From NCBI GenBank assembly GCA_023701205.1, contig JAMPXJ010000009.1, forward strand, positions 30,008 through 94,007: a stretch of DNA of 64,000 nt, written 5' to 3'. Below, one piece after another: positions 10,173 to 19,755 of this stretch. Source of the stretch: Oligoflexia bacterium. Its GTDB lineage: Bacteria; Bdellovibrionota; UBA1018. Every line of letters starts with the position of its first letter. The first letter of the stretch is position 1. The translations under genes and the position numbers were made by a program. Below the pieces are notes generated by a model, which worked only from the letters and a program-made list of their open reading frames with translations, searched no databases and was not told the DNA's origin.

Positions 10173-10402
10173 GGGTGGAACAACACCGCGTTGATACACA
10201 CACGGGGAGAGTCTTGGCGCTCGCCGAACAGATTTTCCGGATCGGATTCGATAAAATTGAGGTCGATCGGCAATTCGTGACGGTTTACAAGGAGACTCAC
10301 ACCATTTCCGAAGAAGCTGTCGCGCCGCTCGCATCCCTGATTGCCCAGGTCCTGCCGCTGTTGCTCCAGATCCAAAAACACGCTCCGCCGGCGGAGTCGT
10401 AG
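10169..10402 (+). CDS. Hypothetical 77-aa protein, possibly translationally coupled to the RND gene
   Basis: GTG overlaps the RND stop (GTGA at 10169-10172). Third-position G+C looks coding-like. No recognisable domain and not hydrophobic. Confidence 0.3.
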   Translation: MRVEQHRVDTHTGRVLALAEQIFRIGFDKIEVDRQFVTVYKETHTISEEAVAPLASLIAQVLPLLLQIQKHAPPAES

Positions 10403-10560
10403 GTTATTATCTCTTTCCAATTTAGTCCTATCTTGACACGTCCTCGTGAGATTCTCGCATTCCTAGAGGAGCGGCGACTCACCACCAAGATCCTTTGGCA
10501 TCTTTACGAGATCCAGAAGCGCGGCCATAGCTGCGAGATCATCCGCCGGATGAAACAGCC

Positions 10561-12708
10561 CTACCCCTTGTTCTTCTCCAGCAGCGCCTTGATCCCCGAA
10601 AGATAGCTCGAGACCTTCTCCTCGTGCGCCTTGCGCGCCTCGGCCGAGTCCGAATCGTCAGGTCCGTGCGACTCGTCGCGGGTGAGCAATAGTTCCAGCG
10701 GGATATCCTGCAGGAAGCGGCTCCGCAATCGCGGCACCGGCTTGCCGTACCGGATGCGGTTGCGCGCGCGCGTGAGCACCAGGTGATCCTTCGCGCGGGT
10801 GATGCCGACATAGCAGAGACGGCGCTCCTCGCTGAAGTCCGTCGCCTCCTCGATCGTGCGCTTGTGAGGGAGGAAGCCCTCCTCCGCGCCCACGAGAAAA
10901 ACCACCGGGAACTCCAATCCCTTCGAGCCATGCAGCGTGAGCAGCGTGACCTGATCGCCCTCCGAATCCTTGCGTTCGTCCTTGGAGTCCTCCTCCTGCT
11001 CGCGCACGTCGAGCGTCATACGGTTGAGGAACTCCTGCAGCAGCTGCGGTCCCTGCAGAGCCTCACCCTCGGGCGGATCGGGCAACGTCAGCTGGCCGAT
11101 CGAGTGAACGAGCTCCTCGACGTTGTCCCATTTGCGCGCGAACTCCGCGGGCTCGTCGCATTCCTCCTCGACGGCCTTTTTCGCGCCCATGAGCTCGATC
11201 GAGCGGCGCGCCCACTCGACGATCCCCTCGCGCGAGGCCGGGGTCTGCTCGAGCGACTGCCGCAGGCCCAGGATCAGCGCGCGGAACGCGGCGATCCCCT
11301 GCTCGCTGCGCGAGGGACCCTTGGCTCCCGAGACGATCACGGGCGCGCGCTCGAGCGCCTCGAAGATCGGCAGGTGATTCTCGAACGCATAGGTACCCAG
11401 CGCCTCGATCGTGGCCTTGCCGATCCCGCGCGCGGGCCAGTTGAGCACGCGCCGAAGCGAGGCGTCGTCCTTGAGATTGGCCACGAGCCGCCAGTACGAG
11501 AGGACGTCCTTGACCTCCTTGCGGTCCAGGAAGGACATCCCGCCCACGATCTTGTAAGGCACGGCGTAGCGGCGGAGCGCTTCCTCGAACGAACGCGACT
11601 GCGCGTTCGAGCGGTAGAGAATCGCGAAATCCTTCCAGGGCCGGTGCTGCTCCCGGGCGCGGTCGAAGATCTCGCGCGCGACCCACTCGGCCTCGGCGCG
11701 ATCCTCCTCGAGGATCACCTCGGACAGGGGGGCCCCGTCGCCGCGCTCGGACCAAAGGCTCTTGGGGTGGCGCTTGGAATTCTTGGAAATGACCTCGTTG
11801 GCGGCGCGCAGGATGAGGTTCGTGCTGCGGTAGTTCTGGTCGAGCAGGATCGTGCGCGCACCCGGATAGTGCCGCGCGAACTCCAGGATGTGCGCGGCAT
11901 CCGCCCCGCGCCAGGAGTAGATCGACTGATCGTCGTCGCCCACGACGCAAAGATTCTGCTGTCGGCGCGTGAGCAGCGAGAGGAGCCTGAACTGGGTGGG
12001 ATTGGTATCCTGATATTCATCGACAAGGACGTAGCGGAAGCGCTGGTTGTAATGCTCGCGCACGTCCTCGTGGTTCTCGAGCAGCGCCACGGCATGGTAC
12101 AGCAGGTCGTCGAAATCCATCGCGTTCAGGAGCCGGAGCTGCTCCTGGTATTTCGCGAAGCTCGAGGCCGTCGCGAGCGCGTAGTCCGTCGTGAGCCGCT
12201 TGCTCTCGAGAAAATACGCCTCGGCCTCGGCTGGCTTAAGGAGCTTGCTTTTGGCCTGGCCGATCTCGAAAAGCACGCGATCAGCGTCGAACTTGCGGTC
12301 ATCGATTCGGATATTGCGGAAGATCTGCTTGAGCACGTCCTTCTGGTCGTTCTCGTCGAGGATCGTGAAGTTGGGCTGGAAGCCGAGCTTCCCTCCATGT
12401 GCGCGCAGGATCCGCACGCAAAGGCTGTGAAACGTCGAGATCGTGAGCCCCCGGCATGCCCGCGCGCCCGCGACCTGCGTGACGAGCTTGCTCACGCGCT
12501 CCTTGAGCTCGCCGGCCGCCTTGTTGGTGAAGGAAAGGCCCAGAATTGCGAGGGCCGGAACGTGGCGCTCCGCGATCAGATGCGCAATGCGATACGCCAT
12601 GGTGCTGGTCTTGCCGCTGCCCGCGCCAGCCAGGACCAGGAGAGGTCCGTCGCGATGCAGCACGGCCTCCCTTTGGTTGGGATTGAGTCGATTCAAGTTG
12701 AGGGACAT
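10561..12708 (-). CDS. uvrD: UvrD/PcrA/Rep-family ATP-dependent DNA helicase
   Basis: Walker A AGAGSGKTS, motifs LSFTNKAAGEL, VDEYQDTN, QNYRS, TLHGSKGLEF and YVGITRAK. Confidence 0.9.
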   Translation of the reverse strand: MSLNLNRLNPNQREAVLHRDGPLLVLAGAGSGKTSTMAYRIAHLIAERHVPALAILGLSFTNKAAGELKERVSKLVTQVAGARACRGLTISTFHSLCVRILRAHGGKLGFQPNFTILDENDQKDVLKQIFRNIRIDDRKFDADRVLFEIGQAKSKLLKPAEAEAYFLESKRLTTDYALATASSFAKYQEQLRLLNAMDFDDLLYHAVALLENHEDVREHYNQRFRYVLVDEYQDTNPTQFRLLSLLTRRQQNLCVVGDDDQSIYSWRGADAAHILEFARHYPGARTILLDQNYRSTNLILRAANEVISKNSKRHPKSLWSERGDGAPLSEVILEEDRAEAEWVAREIFDRAREQHRPWKDFAILYRSNAQSRSFEEALRRYAVPYKIVGGMSFLDRKEVKDVLSYWRLVANLKDDASLRRVLNWPARGIGKATIEALGTYAFENHLPIFEALERAPVIVSGAKGPSRSEQGIAAFRALILGLRQSLEQTPASREGIVEWARRSIELMGAKKAVEEECDEPAEFARKWDNVEELVHSIGQLTLPDPPEGEALQGPQLLQEFLNRMTLDVREQEEDSKDERKDSEGDQVTLLTLHGSKGLEFPVVFLVGAEEGFLPHKRTIEEATDFSEERRLCYVGITRAKDHLVLTRARNRIRYGKPVPRLRSRFLQDIPLELLLTRDESHGPDDSDSAEARKAHEEKVSSYLSGIKALLEKNKG

Positions 12709-12739
12709 CAGAATCGGTTAAGCGAAATCCGTCCGCTTG

Positions 12740-13333
12740 TCAAACCCGCCCGAGCACCTGGACGGTCGCGCTCCGCCCCCCATGGCCTTTGCCTTCGTGG
12801 ATCTCTCTTTCGACTTCCCTTCCGACGAGAATTTCAAGACCCGCAAGCTCTTCCCGCAGCTCCTCGAGCGTCATGAGGAGTTCCACAACCGGTGGCCCAC
12901 CTGTTTTGTATTCCAGCTGCTTGGGACGATAAGCCTCCAGAAGAAAGACGCCCCCGGGCCGCAGCGCGCGGATGCTGTCGCGATGCACGCGCGCTCGCAA
13001 GGGCTTGGGCAGGTGCGCCCAGATGGAGACGATGCCATCCCAGGCACCGGCCTCGATCCGGAACTCCGCGAGATCCGCGACCACAGTCTTGACCTGCACG
13101 CCTTTCTCGCGCGCCAGGCGCTCAAGCTTCCTGAGTCCTACCGCCGAGCCGTCGACCGCGGTGACCTCAAAGCCCTTTTGCGCCAGGAAAACCGCGTTGC
13201 GCCCTTCGCCTTCGGCAAGACAAAGGATCTTTCCGCCCGGCTTGAATTCGCCAGCCTGCTCCCGCAGGAAATCATTCGGCTCCGTTCCGTAAAAATACTC
13301 TTCGCCCTGATAACGCTCATCCCACTGGTTCAT
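12740..13333 (-). CDS. Class I SAM-dependent methyltransferase (TehB-like size)
   Basis: Motif I ILCLAEGEGRNAVFLA; 197 aa. Confidence 0.8.
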   Translation of the reverse strand: MNQWDERYQGEEYFYGTEPNDFLREQAGEFKPGGKILCLAEGEGRNAVFLAQKGFEVTAVDGSAVGLRKLERLAREKGVQVKTVVADLAEFRIEAGAWDGIVSIWAHLPKPLRARVHRDSIRALRPGGVFLLEAYRPKQLEYKTGGPPVVELLMTLEELREELAGLEILVGREVEREIHEGKGHGGRSATVQVLGRV

Positions 13334-13348
13334 CTCGCCGCTCCCTTA

Positions 13349-14449
13349 TCAACACGCCTTGCCCACGCTGCAGGCCTGCTCCTGTTTCAAATCGGGCGCC
13401 GGAAGCGCTTCGCCGCGCTCCGTTCGCGCGCAAAGCAGCCCTGCCGTCGAGCGCGCCGCATCCCGCAGCCGTCCTTCGGTCTGATAGCCCACGAGCCGGA
13501 GCAGCTCGCTCCCGTCCGGCGCGAGAAGGCTCACGGTGGGCACCGCGCGGACCTTGAACCGGTCCGCGATCGCGGCGTTCTCCGGCGCGCCGACATCGAT
13601 CCTCGAGAAGCGGAACGCCTCGGAGGCGCAGTCCCTCTCCAAGCCGGGCAGGAACGGCTCCATCGCATGACAGATCGGGCAGCTCTGGGTGTAGAAAAAG
13701 TGCATCCGGGTGGCGACCGCCGCGCCGGCACCGAGCTCGAAGCGCTCGCCATGATGATCCACGGCCATGACCGCGCCCGCTTCGTCGGGCTTGGCCGAAA
13801 ACCGCGCCGCATTGATCATGAGCGCGGCGAAGATCACCAGGCCCATCCCCGTGGCATACTCGATCCTGGGCAGCCAGGCCTTGAGCCTTGCCAAACCGGG
13901 CCGCACGCGCTCGAAACCCGCTGAGAGCAGCAGGAGCGGGAGCGCGATCCCTTGCGCGAAGACAAAAAGCATCAGCGCCCCGCGCGCGGGCGACGCCTGC
14001 TGCGCGGCCACGTAGGTCAGCACCGCGCCCAGCACCGGTCCCACGCACGGTGTCCAGCTCAACCCGAAGATCAGGCCGAAGACCAGCCCGCTGAGACCGC
14101 GAGGAAACCTGCGCGAGATGTCCGGCGCATGGAAGGAGCGCTCCAGCCACCCGAGCGAGATCACGCCCATCATGCGCAACCCGAAGACGCCCAGAATCAG
14201 CGCGCCAACCGCGAGAAGCACGGGCTTCCACGCCAGCAGGACGCCCGAAATGAGCGACGCGCCCGCGCCCATCGCGACGAAGGTGAGCGTGAAACCCAGC
14301 GCGAACCAGGCCGTCGCGAGCATCCGCGAAAACCGCGGCGCGCCGGCCGTGGCCCAGCTCGCCACGAGAATGGGCATCAGCGGCAGCACGCAGGGCGAGA
14401 CGAAGGTGGCCAGGCCAGCACCGAAGAGTCCGATCCAGCTCAGGTCCAT
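13349..14449 (-). CDS. CcdA/DsbD-type thiol:disulfide transmembrane domain fused to a C-terminal thioredoxin-like domain
   Basis: Membrane Cys motifs VSPCVLPL and WTPCVGPV. C-terminal FFYTQSCPICH thioredoxin-like CxxC. Confidence 0.75.
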   Translation of the reverse strand: MDLSWIGLFGAGLATFVSPCVLPLMPILVASWATAGAPRFSRMLATAWFALGFTLTFVAMGAGASLISGVLLAWKPVLLAVGALILGVFGLRMMGVISLGWLERSFHAPDISRRFPRGLSGLVFGLIFGLSWTPCVGPVLGAVLTYVAAQQASPARGALMLFVFAQGIALPLLLLSAGFERVRPGLARLKAWLPRIEYATGMGLVIFAALMINAARFSAKPDEAGAVMAVDHHGERFELGAGAAVATRMHFFYTQSCPICHAMEPFLPGLERDCASEAFRFSRIDVGAPENAAIADRFKVRAVPTVSLLAPDGSELLRLVGYQTEGRLRDAARSTAGLLCARTERGEALPAPDLKQEQACSVGKAC

Positions 14450-14584
14450 GGCGAGCTCCGGGAAGGTTTTCGCGCGCGCATCAGCTTGGGTTCGCCGGAG
14501 CCGCTTGAGAATCTGCCAGGCCGGGGTTTATAGTAGATAAGCATCTATGATACATTATTCAATAGATAACTTGAGGATGTCAAG

Positions 14585-15028
14585 ATGAAACTCACTGCGA
14601 CCTGGAACGACAAGATGCGCTTCACCGCCCACGCGGATCAGCACTCCGTCCCGATGGACTCGCGCTCCCCGCTGGGCAGCGACTCCGCGCTGACACCCAA
14701 GCAGCTGGTCGTGGCGGGCCTCACCGGGTGCACGGGCATGGACGTGGCCGCCCTGCTGCGCAAATACAAGCAGCCGCTCGAGAGCTTGAGCATCGACGCC
14801 GAGGTCACGATGACCGAGGGCGGCTATCCCGTGGTCTTCAAGTCCGTTCATCTCATCTTCCGGCTCACGGGAGCGCTCGAGCGCGAGCGGGTGCTCGAGG
14901 CGGTGAAGCTCTCCCAGACCCGCTACTGCGGCGTGAGCGCGATGCTCGCCAAGGCCGTGCCCATGACCTATTCCATCGAGCTCAACGGCGAGGAGGTCGG
15001 AAGAGGCGCGCCGGAGTTCGGGGGGTGA
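14585..15028 (+). CDS. OsmC-family peroxiredoxin-like protein
   Basis: LAGLTGCTGMDV and TRYCGVSAML are the two conserved Cys motifs of OsmC/Ohr. Confidence 0.85.
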   Translation: MKLTATWNDKMRFTAHADQHSVPMDSRSPLGSDSALTPKQLVVAGLTGCTGMDVAALLRKYKQPLESLSIDAEVTMTEGGYPVVFKSVHLIFRLTGALERERVLEAVKLSQTRYCGVSAMLAKAVPMTYSIELNGEEVGRGAPEFGG

Positions 15029-15355
15029 CGCTTTCGTCCGCACTTCGGAATCGCAGAGTGCTGGTTTCGAGCGGGTGCGGCGGCGAGAGAGCTGCTTCGC
15101 TAAGGGTCATCCCAGAGAGACAAAATCCGTCTCAAAACCCCGTGATAATCAGACCGAATGTCACTCACACCTCTGTCGGATACGGATCCGCTCGCTGCCT
15201 CGCGCCCAGCTCGGCCACCGCTCGATTCCCGCGAACTCAGACCCGCGCAGCTGTCTAAAACCTAGACACCCATTGGACGGCGTCACCCATCTGATCGCGG
15301 CAGCGCCTCGCCCCCCCGCGGCATGGGCATTGCTTTCCTTTAGGAGGACCGAGGA

Positions 15356-17968
15356 GTGCTTATGCTTCGTTTCAAGAGGAAGACCCCGTTTTTCGTTGCC
15401 GGCTTCACGCTGATCGGACTGGCCTTCGTCCTCGCCGAAGGGCGGAAGATCCCGGCCTCTTACGAGTCGCTCCCGGCGGAAATCGCCGAGGCCGCCAATA
15501 AGGGGCGCGAGAAGCTCGGGCACCGCATCTCCAACGCCTTCTTCGAGCGCATCAGCGATTTCGATCTGCTCGACGGAGACCTCAAGGCGAGCCGCTCCGT
15601 CTTCGACAACAACGACATCGAGGAAAGCTTCACGGTGGTCGACCGCCTGCGACTCCCGGTTTCGCTCACGGTCGCCACTCTTCCGCTGGGATCGGGCTTC
15701 GCCACCTTCAACATCGGCCTGGGCGGCTCGCTGGACGTCACGAATCTCCGGATCGTGAAGCCTTCGAATTCCCTTTATTCCAAGCGACTGCTCGAAGAGC
15801 TGCTCGAGAGCCGCGACCTGGAGCGGCGCTCGCGGGAGCTTGACGACTCCGACTGGCTCGCGGTCGCGCGCAGCGAGTTCGCGCACGCCTCCCCCGAGAC
15901 CCCCGACTACTACTCCGCGCCCGCGGAGAAAGAAGGCGAAAAGCCGGTCTTCCTCCTCGACTCGCTCCGCAAGGCCCGCTATGGTCGCCTCTGGAATCTC
16001 GTCGCCTCTCCCCTGCGCCTGCCCTTGCGCGCCGAATGGCTCTCTCGACTGGAGGACGACGAGGTGATGACCTATGCCGGCACGGGCCTGATCGAAGTCG
16101 GCCCCTCCCTCGGCTTGACCTTGCAGACTTCTTCCGGCGTTCTCTCCGACCTCGGCCTGAATGCCTCGATTCGCGCCTATCTCAAGGGCGAGTTTCGCGT
16201 CTCCGTCATGAGAATCGGCGAAAAACGGGCGAAGGTGAAAGTCACCCGCCGCGTGGAAAAAGGCATCCGCGGCAGCGCGGGCTCGCAGACGCGCGCCGAG
16301 ATCTACGACGGCTTCCTCCTCGCGGGCAGCACGCTCGGAAAGATCCGCCCGAGCCTCGTCCCCATCTCCTTCTCCGCGGACCGCGCCTTCGGCCGGACCT
16401 TCGAGGTGGGCTATGAGTACGACCTGAACGACGAGCGCGGGATCGAGGCCTACGAGCAGGCCGTGATCGGGCAGATGGGGCTTTCGGACGAGCTCGCGCT
16501 GGCTACGCTTTCGGACGGCGCCGCCGCGCCCGTGCGACGCGCCTTCGGCCGCGACGGCGAGGATCGCCGGAGCTCGCGGGCGATCGGCGTGAAGCTGGCC
16601 CTCCTCAAGCACACGGGCGATTCGACTTATACCGTCGAAGAAGCCACGATCAGCTTCCCCGACGGCACCTCCAAGGTCTTCAAGGCCCGTACCGACGCCC
16701 TGTTCAAGCGGACCACCGGGGTCGGCATCTGGCGCTCGAGCGAGTCGGCCCGTTACTCGATCCGCACCGATCTCATCGAGAACGAGGACGGCGCTCCCGG
16801 CGCCTACGGCTGGATCGCCGAAGCGCGCATCGAGGACAACAGCGCGAGCGGCTTCGAGCTCAATCGCTACGCCTCGATGATCGAATCGGTCTTCGGCAAT
16901 GACCGGATCTTTCCCGAGGTCCCGCTTTTCCTTCCGCCTGACGAGAATCTCAACAGCTACCGATGGAACGAGGCCACCAGCGCCAACGAGCCGGCGCCGC
17001 CCGAGCCCACGCGCTACGGCTACACGAGCTTTTATTTCCGCATCGGCCTGACCGCCGCGCAGCTCCGCCGCTTCGCGACCGTCCAGCCGGAGCGGATGTG
17101 GGAGTTGCTCGAACTCGGCTTCGAGCGTCCCGCGGGTTTCTGGACCACCTCGGGCGGGCGCGCCGCCTCGGGCGTCGGCGGCTGGCTTTACAACCTGCTG
17201 GGCTGGAGCACGCATTTCACGGATGTCGACGAGCGGCTGGGGCCGAAGTTCGCCCATGCCCGCGACTTCCAGGAGCGCTGGGCGGGGCTCGCGCCGCTCG
17301 CCGCGAATGCCGGAACGCTCGAGGGCCAGCGCGCCTTCGCGCGCAGGATCGGCGAGATGTACGGCGACAAGATCTTCGCATACGAGCTCATCAAGACCAC
17401 CCTGCTCGCGCTGCGGGACCTGCGCGAGGAGGAGATCTCCTTCCAGATCAACGCGCGCTCGGCGGCCTTCGGCACGCGCGATCTGCGCGGCGGCACGATC
17501 ACCGAGATCGAGAAGCTCACTCAGCGCTACGCGGACGAGACCGATTTCGATCGGCCGATCCTGCGCCAGGATCCCGGCCTCGAGCTCTCCAGGCTCAAGG
17601 CCGAAGCGCTCGAAGGCACCGGTGCCGTCAAGGTCGCCTTCACGGCGGCGCGCGCCCCGGGCCTTCTCATGATCAAGCTCGACGAGCTTTCCTCGACCCT
17701 GCGGATCGCCACGCCGGTCCGGCGGATGCTGATCCCCAACCGCGGAGGCTTCCAAGCGGGGCGCAACGAGCTCCTGCTCGAGCGCTCGGAGATCCCGGGC
17801 TTCCGGCGCGAGCTGGCGTGCGCCCTCCGCCCGGGCCGCAACTACCGGCTCACCCTCGCGCTGATCGACGGCGGCAACGCCGGCCCGGCGCAGTCGACGG
17901 AGTTCTTCGTCAATCCCGTCAGTTCGGGAGCGCGAGACGGGGGCTGCCCGGATAATAGCGCTCGCTGA
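15356..17968 (+). CDS. Large (870 aa) N-terminally membrane-anchored protein of unknown function
   Basis: Long ORF with a coding-like sequence and an N-terminal TM/signal anchor FFVAGFTLIGLAFVLA. No motif I can assign. Confidence 0.6.
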   Translation: MLMLRFKRKTPFFVAGFTLIGLAFVLAEGRKIPASYESLPAEIAEAANKGREKLGHRISNAFFERISDFDLLDGDLKASRSVFDNNDIEESFTVVDRLRLPVSLTVATLPLGSGFATFNIGLGGSLDVTNLRIVKPSNSLYSKRLLEELLESRDLERRSRELDDSDWLAVARSEFAHASPETPDYYSAPAEKEGEKPVFLLDSLRKARYGRLWNLVASPLRLPLRAEWLSRLEDDEVMTYAGTGLIEVGPSLGLTLQTSSGVLSDLGLNASIRAYLKGEFRVSVMRIGEKRAKVKVTRRVEKGIRGSAGSQTRAEIYDGFLLAGSTLGKIRPSLVPISFSADRAFGRTFEVGYEYDLNDERGIEAYEQAVIGQMGLSDELALATLSDGAAAPVRRAFGRDGEDRRSSRAIGVKLALLKHTGDSTYTVEEATISFPDGTSKVFKARTDALFKRTTGVGIWRSSESARYSIRTDLIENEDGAPGAYGWIAEARIEDNSASGFELNRYASMIESVFGNDRIFPEVPLFLPPDENLNSYRWNEATSANEPAPPEPTRYGYTSFYFRIGLTAAQLRRFATVQPERMWELLELGFERPAGFWTTSGGRAASGVGGWLYNLLGWSTHFTDVDERLGPKFAHARDFQERWAGLAPLAANAGTLEGQRAFARRIGEMYGDKIFAYELIKTTLLALRDLREEEISFQINARSAAFGTRDLRGGTITEIEKLTQRYADETDFDRPILRQDPGLELSRLKAEALEGTGAVKVAFTAARAPGLLMIKLDELSSTLRIATPVRRMLIPNRGGFQAGRNELLLERSEIPGFRRELACALRPGRNYRLTLALIDGGNAGPAQSTEFFVNPVSSGARDGGCPDNSAR

Positions 17969-18494
17969 AGCGGCGATAAGCCGCGGCGGCCTGGCGCAGG
18001 TAGCTTCCGTCCTCGAAATCGACCTCGAAGACGCGCGCGAGATGCGTGAGGAAAGAGAAGCGATCGAGCGCGCCCGGAGGAACGGCATCGCCGAGCCCGG
18101 GCTCCGCCAAATCCTCTCCGAGAAGCTCCTGGAGCGCGAGGAGCTGGGCGTAGAAACACCAGTGATAGTGCTCCCGGCGTGCCCGCACGTGCTCGGGAAA
18201 GGCGCTGAAAAGCTCCTCTTTGGTCCGGGCGATGCTCTTTTCCGCCTGGTAATCGGAGCCGCAGCCCTCCTGGAACTCCCGGAATCCCGGATCGGCCAGC
18301 CTGATCGGCGCACCCCCGCGCTCGAAAAGCAGCCGCGTTTCCTGCGCCGAATAGCCTTGCGGATGAAGGGCGCGGAATCGCGACGCTTCCGCCGCGGGCG
18401 CGGCCACGGCTTCCGGCGATCTGGGAGCGCTCGCGCACGAAAACGCCGCAAGGATACCCAGCAGGACCGCCACTCTCCGGATCGTGCTCCCCAT
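17919..18494 (-). CDS. Hypothetical lipoprotein
   Basis: Lipobox-like LAAFSC after a basic N-terminus. The 3' end overlaps the convergent 870-aa gene by 50 nt. Confidence 0.5.
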   Translation of the reverse strand: MGSTIRRVAVLLGILAAFSCASAPRSPEAVAAPAAEASRFRALHPQGYSAQETRLLFERGGAPIRLADPGFREFQEGCGSDYQAEKSIARTKEELFSAFPEHVRARREHYHWCFYAQLLALQELLGEDLAEPGLGDAVPPGALDRFSFLTHLARVFEVDFEDGSYLRQAAAAYRRFSERYYPGSPRLALPN

Positions 18495-18544
18495 ATCCAG
18501 AGGATAGCCGCAAACGGGAACTGGCGAAAGCCCGCGCGGAGCGT

Positions 18545-18982
18545 TCAGGCCGCCTCGGAAATCTCGTCGCGCAGCTCGCCCATGCGCCGCCCCAGCTCCT
18601 CGAGCTCGGGGAAGCTGAGCCGCTCCGCCACCTCGACGAAGAACTCGTCCTCCTCGGCCTCGACGTGGCGCTCCGCCGTGTCGATCAGCTCATCCATCAG
18701 ATCGATGAAATCCTCGTCCTCCTCGGCATCGTCGATCTCGTCGAGGATGTCGCGCATCTCCTGATGATCCTCGAGCGCATCGGCGATCAGCTCCGAGAAG
18801 TCCTCGTCGTCGTTGAAGGCCGGATAGAAGACCCCCTCCTCGACAGTGGTATGCGACTCCAGTTCGCGCTTGATCTTCCGGTGGAACTCCCTTTTCTCGG
18901 GAACCCCCGCGCTCTCCCGGAACGCCACGAAAAGATCCCTCAACCTCTGGTGGTCGGCCTTCAACAGATCGAGTGCGTTCAT
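18545..18982 (-). CDS. Hemerythrin (HHE cation-binding) domain protein
   Basis: LLKADHQRL, HTTVEE, EDHQEMR and ERHVEAEEDEFF give the His/Glu ligand pattern. Confidence 0.8.
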   Translation of the reverse strand: MNALDLLKADHQRLRDLFVAFRESAGVPEKREFHRKIKRELESHTTVEEGVFYPAFNDDEDFSELIADALEDHQEMRDILDEIDDAEEDEDFIDLMDELIDTAERHVEAEEDEFFVEVAERLSFPELEELGRRMGELRDEISEAA

Positions 18983-19050
18983 GAAAACCTCCCCGCCGGG
19001 AATTGCAAGAGACGTGCGCGGCCGCGGCGCGGCGCCCGCTCTGCGACGCC

Positions 19051-19755
19051 TCAGCCCTCGCTGGGAGTGAGCAGGGAGCCCAGGCTTGCGGCGAGGCGGG
19101 AGTCCAGTCCATCGATGTTCGAAAGGAGCCGCTGCGCGGTGAGCAGGAGCTCCGGCGAGATGCGGCCGCTCCGGAGCTCACCGCCCCAAAGCTCGCCCTC
19201 GCCAGTTCCTTCGATCTGGTTTCCGAAAAACGAAAGGGTGAAACGGACGAGCTCGCCCGACCCCTCGGCGCTCTCGATGACGTACAGCTCGCAGCCGTTC
19301 TCGCCGACGTAGAGGCTGGGGAAGCCGTCCTCCGGGCGCTGCAGGACGTCGGGATTCACGCGCACCATGCGCAAGGCCGCGAGCTCCGTCAGGAAGGACT
19401 GCAGGATCCGCTCGCGGAACCCCGGACCGGTCTCCACGAAGCGACAGCCCACGAGGTTTCCGCCCTGGTGGCGCACCTCGGCCTTGACCTCCTGAAAGAA
19501 CTCGCCGATCCGCAACGTGCCCGAGATCGTCGCGCCCGGCTCGGGCCAGGCGCGCAAGTCCTTGACGAAGCCGATGCCCTCAGCCGAGAGATTGGCGATC
19601 CGGAGCTCCCCGCCTTCGGCGACTCCGGCCGGCTCGCGCGCTTTGAACGAAACGGAATGAAGCTCACCGAGCCTGACCCGCGGCGGTCGCGGCGGCAGCG
19701 GCTTGGCCGCCTCGCCTCCGAGCTTCAGCATCTTCCTCAACAACGTCAGGCTCAT
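19051..19755 (-). CDS. PilZ-domain protein (putative c-di-GMP receptor)
   Basis: Start ATG at 19755 overlaps the upstream stop (ATGA). RxxxR-like PRPPRVR and NLSAEGIG (D/NxSxxG) motifs. Confidence 0.65.
   Translation of the reverse strand: MSLTLLRKMLKLGGEAAKPLPPRPPRVRLGELHSVSFKAREPAGVAEGGELRIANLSAEGIGFVKDLRAWPEPGATISGTLRIGEFFQEVKAEVRHQGGNLVGCRFVETGPGFRERILQSFLTELAALRMVRVNPDVLQRPEDGFPSLYVGENGCELYVIESAEGSGELVRFTLSFFGNQIEGTGEGELWGGELRSGRISPELLLTAQRLLSNIDGLDSRLAASLGSLLTPSEG

Noticed and set aside
10130-10420. 96-aa minus-strand ORF in the RND-uvrD spacer.
   Set aside because: It needs a TTG start with no SD, overlaps the RND 3' end by 43 nt, and competes with a plus-strand ORF that is stop/start coupled to the RND gene. 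Neither is well supported.
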